This document shows, piece after piece, positions 48,969 to 58,686 of a stretch of DNA of 64,000 nucleotides. Source of the stretch: a virus (taxonomy: Duplodnaviria > Heunggongvirae > Uroviricota > Caudoviricetes); the IMG/VR virus record IMGVR_UViG_3300045988_158233; one strand, given 5' to 3'. Positions within the stretch are counted from its first letter, which is position 1. Every line of letters starts with the position of its first letter. The position numbers were made by a program, and so were the translations under genes. Below the pieces are notes generated by a model. The model saw only the letters and a program-made list of their open reading frames with translations, did no database searches and was not told the origin of the DNA.

Positions 48969-49838
48969 ATGAACTTTACCAAACTGACTGACCACCTGAA
49001 ACTTGCCACCGATCGACTCATTGGATTTAAGCCAGAACCATATGAGTTGCATGAAGGTCATGGTGTAGCTACTGAAAGTATTTACAAGATGGTCGATCAG
49101 TTTCATGAACTCTTCCAGCATCCGAGACGCGTTATGCCGACACCAGAGCTGCTTCGTCTCCGTGCAAGCCTGATTCATGAAGAAGCTGTAGTGGAAGGTA
49201 TTCCAGCCGCAATGAATGGGGATATTGAGCAACTGCTGGATGCAATGGCCGACTTTTTATACGTTGGTGTTGGTACGATGGTCGCCATCAAAGGTGGTAT
49301 TTCTACCGGCATGACCTATTACACGCAGGAACAGAGCATTGATCGCTTTATGCAGACAATTTTTGTGCCCGGTAACACTGTTTTCGATGATATGGCAATG
49401 CCATTTCAGGAAGCTCGTGAGGCGTCATGTATGCTCGAAGAGCTGGCAGATAAACTTGAGAACAAGACTGTTAAGGATTCTGAGCTGATTCAGGAACTGC
49501 GCCGTGTCATGAACAAAATCTATGTGGCGTGCATGATGACCTATCGACTGGCTGATTTCCTCGGTATCAATGTAGTCGAGCTGGTTGGCGAAATTCATCG
49601 GTCTAACATGACAAAATTATGGCCTGCTGATGTCGAGGAACGTCGCCAGGCTGTGGCCAACTGCAAATACGACTCTTCAGACCTGGGATTTCGCCATGCT
49701 GATGGTACCGATAAGATGATCGGTTTTCGAATTTCCGATGGAAAGATTCTGAAGTCTCCAACCTATAGTGATGTCGATTTATCCTCCTTTGTTGAGCAAG
49801 CTAAAGCCTCAGCAATGTACGGAATGATCAAAAAATAA
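48969..49838 (+). CDS. Hypothetical protein within the nucleotide-metabolism block
   Basis: 289-aa ORF; followed by hairpin terminator 49907..49931. Confidence 0.45.
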   Translation: MNFTKLTDHLKLATDRLIGFKPEPYELHEGHGVATESIYKMVDQFHELFQHPRRVMPTPELLRLRASLIHEEAVVEGIPAAMNGDIEQLLDAMADFLYVGVGTMVAIKGGISTGMTYYTQEQSIDRFMQTIFVPGNTVFDDMAMPFQEAREASCMLEELADKLENKTVKDSELIQELRRVMNKIYVACMMTYRLADFLGINVVELVGEIHRSNMTKLWPADVEERRQAVANCKYDSSDLGFRHADGTDKMIGFRISDGKILKSPTYSDVDLSSFVEQAKASAMYGMIKK

Positions 49839-49906
49839 TTGTAGGTAGTTATCTATCTATGTATATTGTGTTAGCGCGTTAAATTCCTGAAACAACTATT
49901 CGTTTT

Positions 49907-49931
49907 GGTGGCCTATGGCCACCATTTTTTT
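49907..49931 (+). terminator. Rho-independent terminator
   Basis: ggtggcc-tat-ggccacc hairpin followed by a T-run. Confidence 0.6.
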
Positions 49932-49981
49932 ATCTATCTGGCCTTGTTCCCTCAATAAATGTAAACTCACGTAATGAATAA

Positions 49982-51112
49982 GTGGTTACTTATCTTTGTG
50001 AGGTTTTTGTGTCACTCCTTTTGAATCGTGAGCATACGAACGGTCAGGTAACAAACGCATCGTATGCAAAAGTTATTGAGACGGTGCTTAAAAGCGGCGT
50101 GCAGGCTGATGATCGCACAGGCACTGGTACTTTAAGCACCTGCTACGTTCCCTCTTACTACATGCTTACTGGTGGGACTGTGCCGCTTATTTCTGGAAAG
50201 GCGGTAAATCTTAAGCCACTGCTTGTCGAACTTGAGTGGTATCTGAAAGGCACGGGCAACATCCAATTTCTCAAGGATAACGGCGTTAAGATTTGGGATG
50301 CATGGGCCGATGAGAATGGCGATTTGGGGCCAGTTTACGGTAAGCAGTGGCGTCGATGGGAAGATACCCGCATCGTGAGCCATAGTGAATATCTGAGCAA
50401 GATCGCTACTTTCCGTGAACGCGGGTACAAAGTCGAGGGATACCTAGGTATCAGTGAAGATCGCGTAGTGCTGTCCCGTGAAATCGATCAGCTACAGCGT
50501 ATTGTCGATACACTGCGCACGAACCCTACCGATCGTCGCATCATGCTTAACGCATGGAACGTAGGCGAGCTTGAGGATATGAAACTGCCACCTTGCCACT
50601 TTGTCTTCTCTTTGTGGAGTCGTGAGCTTGATTTTGAAACCCGTTTAACGATGGCAACTGACATTGGTCTTCAACACAGTCGCCTCGGTTACGAGTCTAT
50701 CTACACCAAGATGCTATACGATCTGGAGATGGACGGCAGTGTTACTGAAGCTGAACTGGATGAACTTGGAATCCCCAAACGCATCCTCAACTCCTGCCTC
50801 GTACAGCGTAGCGTAGACACTTTTGTTGGTATGCCATTCAATATTGCTGGCTATGGCATTCTCACTCATTTTCTCGCGAAGATTACGGGTCACATGGCCG
50901 GTGCATTTGTGCATTTTGGCTTTGACGTGCATTTGTACAATAACCACATGGAAAGTGTGCGTGAGCTAATGCAACGACAGGCTCCAGAGCATTCAGATCC
51001 GGTCGTTATATTCCCTAATGAATGGTCTGAGCTGGATGATTTCAAATGGGACGAGATTCTTATTCTTGGCTATGCCCCTCTACCGTGGATCAAGGTTCCA
51101 GTGGCGGTGTGA
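49982..51112 (+). CDS. thyA: Thymidylate synthase (ThyA family) with an internal ~50-aa insertion
   Basis: DRTGTGTLS, WADENGDLGPVYGKQWR, active-site LPPCH, and C-terminal HLYNNH; GTG/alternative start, exact start uncertain. Confidence 0.85.
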   Translation: MVTYLCEVFVSLLLNREHTNGQVTNASYAKVIETVLKSGVQADDRTGTGTLSTCYVPSYYMLTGGTVPLISGKAVNLKPLLVELEWYLKGTGNIQFLKDNGVKIWDAWADENGDLGPVYGKQWRRWEDTRIVSHSEYLSKIATFRERGYKVEGYLGISEDRVVLSREIDQLQRIVDTLRTNPTDRRIMLNAWNVGELEDMKLPPCHFVFSLWSRELDFETRLTMATDIGLQHSRLGYESIYTKMLYDLEMDGSVTEAELDELGIPKRILNSCLVQRSVDTFVGMPFNIAGYGILTHFLAKITGHMAGAFVHFGFDVHLYNNHMESVRELMQRQAPEHSDPVVIFPNEWSELDDFKWDEILILGYAPLPWIKVPVAV

Positions 51113-51114
51113 TA

Positions 51115-51527
51115 TGGCAAGAGGTATGTATGTCTTATGCGAAATTGAAGGTGTGCTGGCAAATACCAGCCATCGTAAATCTGTATCTGACTCGGATGCA
51201 GGCCAATTCATTGCCGGTGATGAACTCATTTTCCCCACCAGCCGTATGTTGCGTGGTTTTGCTCGCTCAGGGGCTGAAGTGGTGCTTATCAGTAGCCGCT
51301 CTGAAACTCTTGAAGCGCCCACTAAACGATGGCTGAAAGATTTTGGTGTTGATTACGACTGGCTTCATCTCGTACCGAATAGCACTAGTTATGAGAAGCA
51401 TATTAAGCGCACATTAGCGGAGCATAAAGGCGATCTGCTTATCGCTGCGCTGGTGCACGATCCTCGACTCCGTGCCGCTTTAGCTGACTCTCATCATAGA
51501 CCGGTCATCTATGAGGTGAGCAAATGA
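51115..51527 (+). CDS. Hypothetical protein
   Basis: Internal ATG of track ORF 51018..51527, chosen because it begins just after the thyA stop; no motif recognised. Confidence 0.3.
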
Positions 51528-52000
51528 AGATGATAGCTGCTGTTGGCCGTAACTATGAGATCGGCATAGCGAACGAACTGCCCTGGCGTTGTTCTACCGA
51601 TCTGAAGCTATTTAAGAGACTCACCAAAAACGCCACTGTCGTTATGGGGCGTAAAACGATGGAAAGTCTCAAACGCCCTCTTCCAGAGCGTCATAACCTC
51701 GTTTTGACGCGCTCTCATGGCTTTGTACCAAATGGATTCTACCCTGCTGGTGTGGATGATGTGTTGCGATTACCAGAGCCTGTGTGGGTGATTGGCGGGA
51801 AACAAATTTACTCGCTATTCATGCCGCATGTTGAAGAGATTTGGCTCTCCCACATCGACGTTGATGTGCCAAACGCCGATGCATTCTTCCCGGCAAGCAT
51901 GATGCGTAATTTAGGCTTTGTGCCTGTTGAAACAGCTTATACCCAACGAGCCAGCGAGGAAGAGCCTGGCTTTTCGCAGATCGTATACAGAAGGTCGTAA
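51524..52000 (+). CDS. folA: Dihydrofolate reductase
   Basis: 158 aa; N-terminal MIAAVGRNYEIGIANELPW and VVMGRKTMESLKRPLPERHNLVLTRS match the DHFR fold signature. Confidence 0.8.
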   Translation: MKMIAAVGRNYEIGIANELPWRCSTDLKLFKRLTKNATVVMGRKTMESLKRPLPERHNLVLTRSHGFVPNGFYPAGVDDVLRLPEPVWVIGGKQIYSLFMPHVEEIWLSHIDVDVPNADAFFPASMMRNLGFVPVETAYTQRASEEEPGFSQIVYRRS

Positions 52001-52644
52001 TGGATTACCGGATTGGGATCACTGGTGCTCAGGGCAGTGGGAAAACAACCCTGGCTAAATATATCGACAAACATTACGGAATCCCTTACGTGGATGCTGG
52101 TGTCGGAAGTTTGATGAGCCGCCTCGGTGTTCGAGTAGGTGAGTCTATGCCTCTATATGAGCGGCTTCAGATTCAAATGGAAATAGCAAAGCATATAGAG
52201 CTACTTACACGTGGTGTTGAAGGCTTTGTTATCGATCGCACACCTGCTGATGTTATGGCCTACACGTTGGATTTGGTCGGCCATACAAATGAAGATCGGT
52301 GTATTGAGTTAGCCCTCGATATCGAAAAGTTTTGCCACAAAACTGCTATTTCAAACTTTAACGCCATTGCTGGCCTACGCCCGGGGGTCTCTCTCTCAGA
52401 GCGAGATTACTTGCGGTCACAACGAGCATCATTAGACCGTCTGTATGTCGCTCGTATTGATGCGTTGATGTGCGGGGAACTGACAAAAATTCACCTGCAT
52501 CCGCAAAGGGGAGATCTGCAAACCTTCGTCGTTTCCAACCGGTATCGCACAGTTGAAGCAAGAGCCAGATCAGTAATGAGAATGCTCGATAACGCGGTAG
52601 AAAAGATAGAAAACCGCTTCTGTGGCCGAGTTACCGTTCATTAG
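52000..52644 (+). CDS. P-loop nucleotide/nucleoside kinase-like protein
   Basis: Walker A IGITGAQGSGKTTLAKY at the N-terminus; 214 aa; location in the nucleotide-metabolism block. Confidence 0.5.
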   Translation: MDYRIGITGAQGSGKTTLAKYIDKHYGIPYVDAGVGSLMSRLGVRVGESMPLYERLQIQMEIAKHIELLTRGVEGFVIDRTPADVMAYTLDLVGHTNEDRCIELALDIEKFCHKTAISNFNAIAGLRPGVSLSERDYLRSQRASLDRLYVARIDALMCGELTKIHLHPQRGDLQTFVVSNRYRTVEARARSVMRMLDNAVEKIENRFCGRVTVH

Positions 52645-52705
52645 AAATTGTTCGCCTCTTCGACATTGCGACAATAAAACTCTCAAAATGGGTTAAGGAT
52701 AAAAA

Positions 52706-53125
52706 ATGTTTAGTGAACTGTTGCTTGAAGATGAACTGGATCGGAAAACAACAGAGGCTTTGATTCGTGTAGCGGACGAACATTCCCGGTCGCTTATGAG
52801 CGATCGAGAGGCTCGTCTGGCTATTCGTGCCATATTCGAAACTGTGCAGGGGCTTGTTGGCGCACAAGTAGGTGAAGCCATTAACATCGCCATGTCTCAG
52901 TTCAGTGAAGGCAGTATAAAGCCTCTGTTTCCTATGCATTTGATGCTGGCTGGTGGCACGGTGCTTTACGTCTCTGTTTGTCTGGATAGCAACCAAATCA
53001 ACATTCTCAACACGGCGTCAGGTAAGTGGAAAGATCCGGTTGTCTGTGAAACCAGTGAAGAAACTTTGAAAAAAGCGGCTCAATTTGTACGTAGCGCACT
53101 ACTTAAGGGCGCTAAGAAGTTGTAA
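52706..53125 (+). CDS. Hypothetical protein
   Basis: 139-aa ORF. Confidence 0.4.
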   Translation: MFSELLLEDELDRKTTEALIRVADEHSRSLMSDREARLAIRAIFETVQGLVGAQVGEAINIAMSQFSEGSIKPLFPMHLMLAGGTVLYVSVCLDSNQINILNTASGKWKDPVVCETSEETLKKAAQFVRSALLKGAKKL

Positions 53126-53131
53126 GGAGTT

Positions 53132-53692
53132 TTGATGACAACGATTGTTGCAGGCATCGATATCGAGTCTACGGGGCTGGATTTCCTTTCTGGTCATAAA
53201 ATTATTGAAATCGCAATTACCCGCTATGAACTGGAGACACAGAGACATATTGATAGTCTGGAGATGCGTTTTAACCCTCGCAGGAACATAGATCCGAAAG
53301 CTCAAGCCGTTCATGGCATTTCATTAGAACAGCTGGCAGCTGAACCTTTGTTGTCAAATCATGCCAGCGAAATTGGCGCTTATATGGAGGCATGTAGTGC
53401 GTGGGTTGCTCATAACGGCGAAGCGTTTGATATACCATTTATTAGACACGAGTTTTCAGGGTATGGAGTAAGACTGCCAGACGTTCCCGTTATAGATACT
53501 ATGTTATCGGGATTGTGGGCCACAGAAGACGGCAAACGTCCTCGCCTTGAAGAATTGGCCTTCTCTCTTGGCTTTATATACGATCATACCAAAGCACATA
53601 GTGCCTTATATGACACAAACTTAATGATGCAATGCTTCTTTAAGGCACGTAATAAATACGGATTTTTTAAATTACCCTCTGAAATTGTGTAA
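53132..53692 (+). CDS. DnaQ-like 3'-5' exonuclease (DEDDh)
   Basis: Exo I AGIDIESTGLD, Exo II HNGEAFDIPFI, Exo III HSALYDTN. Confidence 0.7.
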   Translation: MMTTIVAGIDIESTGLDFLSGHKIIEIAITRYELETQRHIDSLEMRFNPRRNIDPKAQAVHGISLEQLAAEPLLSNHASEIGAYMEACSAWVAHNGEAFDIPFIRHEFSGYGVRLPDVPVIDTMLSGLWATEDGKRPRLEELAFSLGFIYDHTKAHSALYDTNLMMQCFFKARNKYGFFKLPSEIV

Positions 53693-53697
53693 AACAA

Positions 53698-53736
53698 AAG
53701 CCTGCTTTAAAGATAGTTTGAAGCAGGCTTTCTTTT
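53698..53736 (+). terminator. Rho-independent terminator (member of the agcctgctt...aagcaggct hairpin family)
   Basis: aaagcctgcttt-aaagatagttt-gaagcaggcttt followed by T-rich run. Confidence 0.6.
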
Positions 53737-53852
53737 AAAGAACAGTCGCCTTTCAATCATTTCCTGCCTGTATTTAATACTTTTCCGCCTGATAGGTTTA
53801 GTCAAAATGTAGCCATCGAAACGCAAATGCAACTAAACAGAAGGAGACTTAC

Positions 53853-54662
53853 ATGAGTTCGGTTGAAAATGTAATGACAAATGATGATCTGGATGAGCTG
53901 ACAGCCATGTTGCAATCACTTGATGAACCAGTAAAAAAAGCTGCACAGGTTGAAAATACTGATGATATTGACGATCTGCTTCTCGGCCTCGATGCTGGCG
54001 TAGCCATGAGTTCTGATGATGTTGCCGAAGAACTGTTCAATGAAGAAAAAGTAGGTGATTTCAGCTCCGCTTTAAATGAGTTGGAATTAGCTCATGAGCC
54101 TATAAACGTAATTAACGCTGAAAGTGTTGAAGCTGCCGTAAACGAGCCAGAACAATTGGGATTTATTGAGGTTGAAGAGTGTGTTGAGGTTAATGAAGAA
54201 TTAAAAGTTCAACAGTCAAATGATAGCAATACAAATAAAAAAGCTCGTACTGCAAGAGGTCCTCGTTTTACTTTAAGTGATAAAGATGATTCGTTTTTCA
54301 ATAAAGCAGGCTTAGAAAAAGATATTTTCTTAGACGCTTACGATAACGCGCCTGTCAAAGCAAAGGATAAGATATTAAACCTTCTTAATTGGTTTAGCGG
54401 AGGTCCAGATATTAGTGTTTACACGGTAATTTCCATGAGACACCTTCTCACAGAAAAGAAGGCTACAAGTAATAGTATTAAGATTGCTTTAATGAGCAAT
54501 CCAGAAAAACCGTATCCGCTTAACACTGCGTCAACTCAGGCTGGGCAAATGATGGCTGTATTTCCAGCTACAGGAATTGCCGTTAGAGACGGTGGAAATC
54601 TAACATTGAACGAAGAATCACCGATCGTTAAGAAGTTTGTCGCGGAGTACACTATTGGATGA
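53853..54662 (+). CDS. Hypothetical acidic protein
   Basis: 269-aa ORF, strongly acidic N-terminal half. Confidence 0.4.
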   Translation: MSSVENVMTNDDLDELTAMLQSLDEPVKKAAQVENTDDIDDLLLGLDAGVAMSSDDVAEELFNEEKVGDFSSALNELELAHEPINVINAESVEAAVNEPEQLGFIEVEECVEVNEELKVQQSNDSNTNKKARTARGPRFTLSDKDDSFFNKAGLEKDIFLDAYDNAPVKAKDKILNLLNWFSGGPDISVYTVISMRHLLTEKKATSNSIKIALMSNPEKPYPLNTASTQAGQMMAVFPATGIAVRDGGNLTLNEESPIVKKFVAEYTIG

Positions 54663-54833
54663 CGTTCCCCTACTGAAAATAAAGCCCATAGAGAGCTTTA
54701 TAGTGCTGGGTAAGCCAATCACATACCCAGCACCACAAAAACGCGCCAGAGAGCTTCTCGTTTGCATTTCTGGCGCGTTTTATTTGATTGCCATACATAA
54801 AATCAAATGCAAAAATAGGTAATCACTTACCTA

Positions 54834-55439
54834 TTGAGAAAGAAGATGATTGCAGCCGAAAAAATCAAAAAGCGAAAGCGCGACAACTCTCTTCGTGACC
54901 TCTGGAGAACACCTGACTGGCTGTTTAATGCCATTCAACGTTATCTGGGAGTGACATTTGATGTTGACGTTGCCTGCAATAAGGACAATGCAAAGCTGCC
55001 TATTTTCATAGGCGTTGAGCGCGATGCTTTGAAATCTGAATGGGGGCAGCCAGGTACAATTGCCTTCCTCAATCCACCCTACTCCAAAATCTCCCCCTGG
55101 ATTGATGCGGCTATACGTGAGCAGGCTCGCGGAGTTACAACAGTGATGCTAATTCCTCAATCCCTCGATACAAAGTGGTATGAGCGTGCAACAGAGTGTG
55201 CGAATGAGACGATTATTCTGTCTGGTGGCCGCGTAGCGTTTGTCGAGCCTGACGTCAATCTGGGTCAGGTAGAAGTAAACATCAACCCCGGTGGCAGTAT
55301 GCTCGTTGTTTTTCGCGGATTCTGTCAGGACGCTGGGCACTCTATAAGCAAGATCCCTTTGGACGTCATGAAAAGTCTGGGAGGGTATGATCCTGCGAAT
55401 GTGATCAGGAAAAAAAGACCATCAAAGAAGGCTGCTTAG
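54834..55439 (+). CDS. Phage-type DNA N6-adenine methyltransferase (Dam-like)
   Basis: 201 aa; catalytic NPPY in IAFLNPPYSKISPW; overall size and layout of small phage Dam enzymes. Confidence 0.6.
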   Translation: MRKKMIAAEKIKKRKRDNSLRDLWRTPDWLFNAIQRYLGVTFDVDVACNKDNAKLPIFIGVERDALKSEWGQPGTIAFLNPPYSKISPWIDAAIREQARGVTTVMLIPQSLDTKWYERATECANETIILSGGRVAFVEPDVNLGQVEVNINPGGSMLVVFRGFCQDAGHSISKIPLDVMKSLGGYDPANVIRKKRPSKKAA

Positions 55440-55460
55440 TTTGCTCTGGCGTCTGTAATT

Positions 55461-55519
55461 AGCCTGCTTCTGTATATATAAATAACTACATATTAATTAT
55501 TAATATACGGAAGCAGGCT
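55461..55519 (+). other. Long conserved hairpin (copy 2 of the family seen at 8321..8376)
   Basis: agcctgcttctgtatata ... atatacggaagcaggct: 16-bp stem with one G-U pair, ~27-nt AT-rich loop, followed by gtttt. Confidence 0.55.
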
Positions 55520-55601
55520 GTTTTGTATCAGAGACTCCCAGACCTGAACATCACTACAGAATCCACTAGAACCCCTTCCCAGACGCTTTAAAATCGATTT
55601 T

Positions 55602-55856
55602 ATGAACCACTTTAAGGAAACCAACATGTCATACCCGACTAATGTCGTTGCGCTCGTAGAGAGCGATTTTCTGGCCCAGGCTCGTGAAATGATGAAAGAT
55701 CGTGAGCAGGCCTTCAACTTGTACGAATGGGCAATTAAGTGCTTGCATCTTGGCGAGCATCGCGAACTTGTTGAACAGCTTTTAGGTGAGTTGATCAATG
55801 AGGTGTTTGCCTTGAATGTTCAACTACATGGTAGAGAAAATAATCAATCACAATGA
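55602..55856 (+). CDS. Hypothetical small protein
   Basis: 84-aa ORF. Confidence 0.35.
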   Translation: MNHFKETNMSYPTNVVALVESDFLAQAREMMKDREQAFNLYEWAIKCLHLGEHRELVEQLLGELINEVFALNVQLHGRENNQSQ

Positions 55857-56438
55857 TAGATAAGTACAAACTATTCATAAAGTGAATTGTAAGTGCTAAG
55901 ATCTGATAGTTTCCAGTCGTAGACTGGAGGCTCGATCTGATGGGTGGGGGTAAGCGTCACTGGCGTCAGGTTTAAAAAAGCTCACTACCAGCGTAGAACC
56001 GGTGCCGTTTAGGTGTCGGGGAAGGGGGAACCAAAGTGAGCAGAGACAAGGGTCACTTTATGATTGTCGAGTCTGGGGTGTTTCGAGAGGTTGAATCCAG
56101 TACTCCCCTTCATAAAGTGTGGGAAGATCTCGGTTCTGGGGTGCTGTCATCCATAACTTCCCAAGTCTAAGCTGGCAGTAGACTTAGACCATAGCTTTTC
56201 AGGTTATGAAACGACCAGGTTGGTGAGGAATTTTATACTCACCTCCCTGGGAGAGTATTACCTGAAAAGACAACCTCTCACTTCGTTCGAGGTGAACTTC
56301 ACTCACTTCGTTCGTTCAGTTCAGGTTTATAAAAACCTGTTCTGGGAAGTAATTTGTTTATTTTAATAATTATTAACACGCACGCGTGTGCGCACGCGCG
56401 AGGAAAAAATCGGCGCGGCGCTTGATTCAGGAGTTTAT

Positions 56439-57032
56439 ATGACGACGAAGACACCAGCCCGATCGCAAGCAAAAACTCGCAAAAAAGACAAAAACAAAAA
56501 TTCTCCCCGCACCAATCCCACAACGCCTGTCGTAGAGTTCAACCCCCAGCTTAAAACCGTGAAAATCTTTAGTGATGGCTCTTGCCTCAAAAATCCGGGT
56601 GGCCCGGGCGGTTACGGTATCGTTCTCCAGTATCGTGGTGAGGAACGCGAGTTCTCAGATGGTTTTCATAGCACCACCAATAACCGCATGGAGATGATGG
56701 GGGCACTTATCGGGCTGGAGCGTTTGAAATATCCATGCAACGTTATTTTGTACTCTGATAGCCAGTATCTGAAAAACGGCATGACACAGTGGATGAAATG
56801 GTGGAAACGTAATGGATGGATGACTTCTGATAAAAAACCGGTAAAGAATGTTGATCTGTGGAAACGTCTGGATGAGGCCGCAAGTCGACATAATGTTCGC
56901 TGGAAGTGGGTTAAAGGTCACGCCGGGCATCGTGAAAATGAAATATGTGATCGACTCGCGAAGATCGCAGCTTTTTCCGCAGCCGATACGCCTCACAAGA
57001 AAGACATTGGTTTTATTTACAACAAGTGGTAA
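56439..57032 (+). CDS. Ribonuclease H (RNase HI family)
   Basis: [65 protein letters not shown]; start placed at ATG with RBS caggag (track ORF begins 56388). Confidence 0.8.
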   Translation: MTTKTPARSQAKTRKKDKNKNSPRTNPTTPVVEFNPQLKTVKIFSDGSCLKNPGGPGGYGIVLQYRGEEREFSDGFHSTTNNRMEMMGALIGLERLKYPCNVILYSDSQYLKNGMTQWMKWWKRNGWMTSDKKPVKNVDLWKRLDEAASRHNVRWKWVKGHAGHRENEICDRLAKIAAFSAADTPHKKDIGFIYNKW

Positions 57033-57177
57033 GTAAGTGTTTACCTATCATATTAAATCATGTATCTTATCGGCGTCAGGATGACAATGTGTCGGTAAGA
57101 CACAGTTCCAGGATGGAACGAGAAAGGCGGCTGGCGATCGCCAGCCGCAACTCTTTCTGACACTGGATGGAGTCCAC

Positions 57178-57672
57178 ATGGCACGTCAAACCTATTTCAC
57201 TTCTGCAACTAAACGTCCTCGTTCACTACGTCAAATTTTGGCCGAATTATTTAGCGGTCGTGTTCTGTCACGTCTTGATGAACTGGAGACTACCGTTCGG
57301 TTGCTGAATGAACGTTTAGATAAGCAAGCGTCAGTTGTTGCGAACGTGGGGGCGATTGTTACCTCTGGTTCTTCACACCAAGCGAAAAATGCACGGCCTT
57401 TAGTGAAGGAGAAAAACAACAAGGACAGTTCGAATGGAAAATTTTCAAAGAAAGAGGCTGAAACCAATGGCCTACGTTCTCATTATAGTTTCACTGGCGA
57501 CGGTAGCCGTTCCAGCCGGTCAGAGCCTTTTGATGCCGGATTCATCCATCACCACACCTCCGTCGACGACAATTACCACCACTCCAGTAGAGCGTCCTGT
57601 CACTCTGGATGGGATGACGGTGGATGCGATACCTCAAGTTCATCCAGTTACTCAGGATCATGTTGTGACTAA
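57178..57672 (+). CDS. Hypothetical Ser-rich protein
   Basis: 164-aa ORF, low-complexity C-terminal half. Confidence 0.3.
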   Translation: MARQTYFTSATKRPRSLRQILAELFSGRVLSRLDELETTVRLLNERLDKQASVVANVGAIVTSGSSHQAKNARPLVKEKNNKDSSNGKFSKKEAETNGLRSHYSFTGDGSRSSRSEPFDAGFIHHHTSVDDNYHHSSRASCHSGWDDGGCDTSSSSSYSGSCCD

Positions 57673-57681
57673 GGTGGTTGT

Positions 57682-57870
57682 ATGAACTGGCTTTCAAATC
57701 ACTTTGGGAAAATTTGGCTGGCAATTCTGGCTCTCATGGCCGCCGGTTGGGTATCCAACATTATAAAACTCGTTTGCTCAGGTGATCTCCAGTTTCAGGC
57801 TGGCATGACCTTGGCTCGTGTAGTTGGGATTTTTATTTTTCCAGTCGGTTCGGTACTTGGTTATTTCTGA
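57682..57870 (+). CDS. Hypothetical small membrane protein
   Basis: 62 aa with two hydrophobic segments. Confidence 0.3.
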   Translation: MNWLSNHFGKIWLAILALMAAGWVSNIIKLVCSGDLQFQAGMTLARVVGIFIFPVGSVLGYF

Positions 57871-57926
57871 CGGTTGTTAGTGCATATGCATTGACCGTCT
57901 TTGCGTAAGCAATTTATGTAACCAGA

Positions 57927-57939
57927 AAACAATTTGTTT
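57927..57939. promoter_or_regulatory. AAACAA-T-TTGTTT palindromic site (family member)
   Basis: Perfect 6-1-6 palindrome upstream of the ATG at 57964. Confidence 0.5.
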
Positions 57940-57963
57940 TGACAAATAGCAAAAGGAAAACAC

Positions 57964-58389
57964 ATGTTAGGTTTCTTCAAAAAGAAAACTCGTAAAGCTG
58001 TTATCGAAGTCAAAAAAATGGAGAACCGTGATGCGGTTGAAGCCACCGTGTGGGGCGGGTACATGATCTCCTATGCCAACGGTACATGCGATGCAAAAGA
58101 AATTTCCATTCTTGAGAAAACAATTGCAGCTCTGCCTGCATTTTCTCCTTTTGCTGGTGAGATTGCCCAGATGAGCGCCAATATCCGCGCTCAATACGAA
58201 GCCTCACCGCGCCGTGCTAATGCCCAGGCTTTACGTGAGCTGGCGGATGTGGCCGGGACTGATGATGCAGTAGATGTACTGTGTCTGTGCCTTGATATTG
58301 CCGACCAGGACGGCATTGATGAACCAGAAGAGCAGGCGCTGAAAAAGATCGCCCAGGCGCTTCAGTTGTCACTGGATGCTTATCTCTAA
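57964..58389 (+). CDS. Hypothetical protein, possibly TerB-like
   Basis: 141 aa; helical, with acidic motif LCLCLDIADQDGIDEPEEQALKKIAQAL reminiscent of TerB-type domains (weak, from memory). Confidence 0.35.
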   Translation: MLGFFKKKTRKAVIEVKKMENRDAVEATVWGGYMISYANGTCDAKEISILEKTIAALPAFSPFAGEIAQMSANIRAQYEASPRRANAQALRELADVAGTDDAVDVLCLCLDIADQDGIDEPEEQALKKIAQALQLSLDAYL

Positions 58390-58655
58390 TGCTTGAGAGA
58401 TTCCGGCTTGTGACCGTCATTGCTCTTCTGGTGATGGCGGTGTTGGTGGATTTTACGGGAAAGATGATGTCTGTCATTTCTGATGGCGTCCTCATTGGTC
58501 TGGCGATCTACTTCGCTTATCCGCTAGTCCGTAAAGCAACGTGTTAATGACAAGGGCCAAATGGCCCTTGTGTTTCGTTGACCGAAATAGAGAGTTTGCA
58601 CCTTTACGTTTAGCTTGCTCCCCTTTTATGCCACATCACAATAAAGCCAATAAGA

Positions 58656-58668
58656 AAACAACTTGTTT
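58656..58668. promoter_or_regulatory. AAACAA-C-TTGTTT palindromic site (family member)
   Basis: Upstream of the ATG at 58687. Confidence 0.45.
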
Positions 58669-58686
58669 AAGCATTAGGAAAAACAC

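Noticed and set aside
55857-56438. Retron-like ncRNA upstream of RNase H
   Set aside because: No reverse transcriptase gene follows; the downstream gene is a conventional RNase HI. The region is kept as an unexplained structured non-coding segment.
56299-56523. 74-aa minus-strand ORF spanning the GC palindrome and the RNase H start region
   Set aside because: Overlaps the RNase H 5' end and the palindromic non-coding element; no supporting signals.
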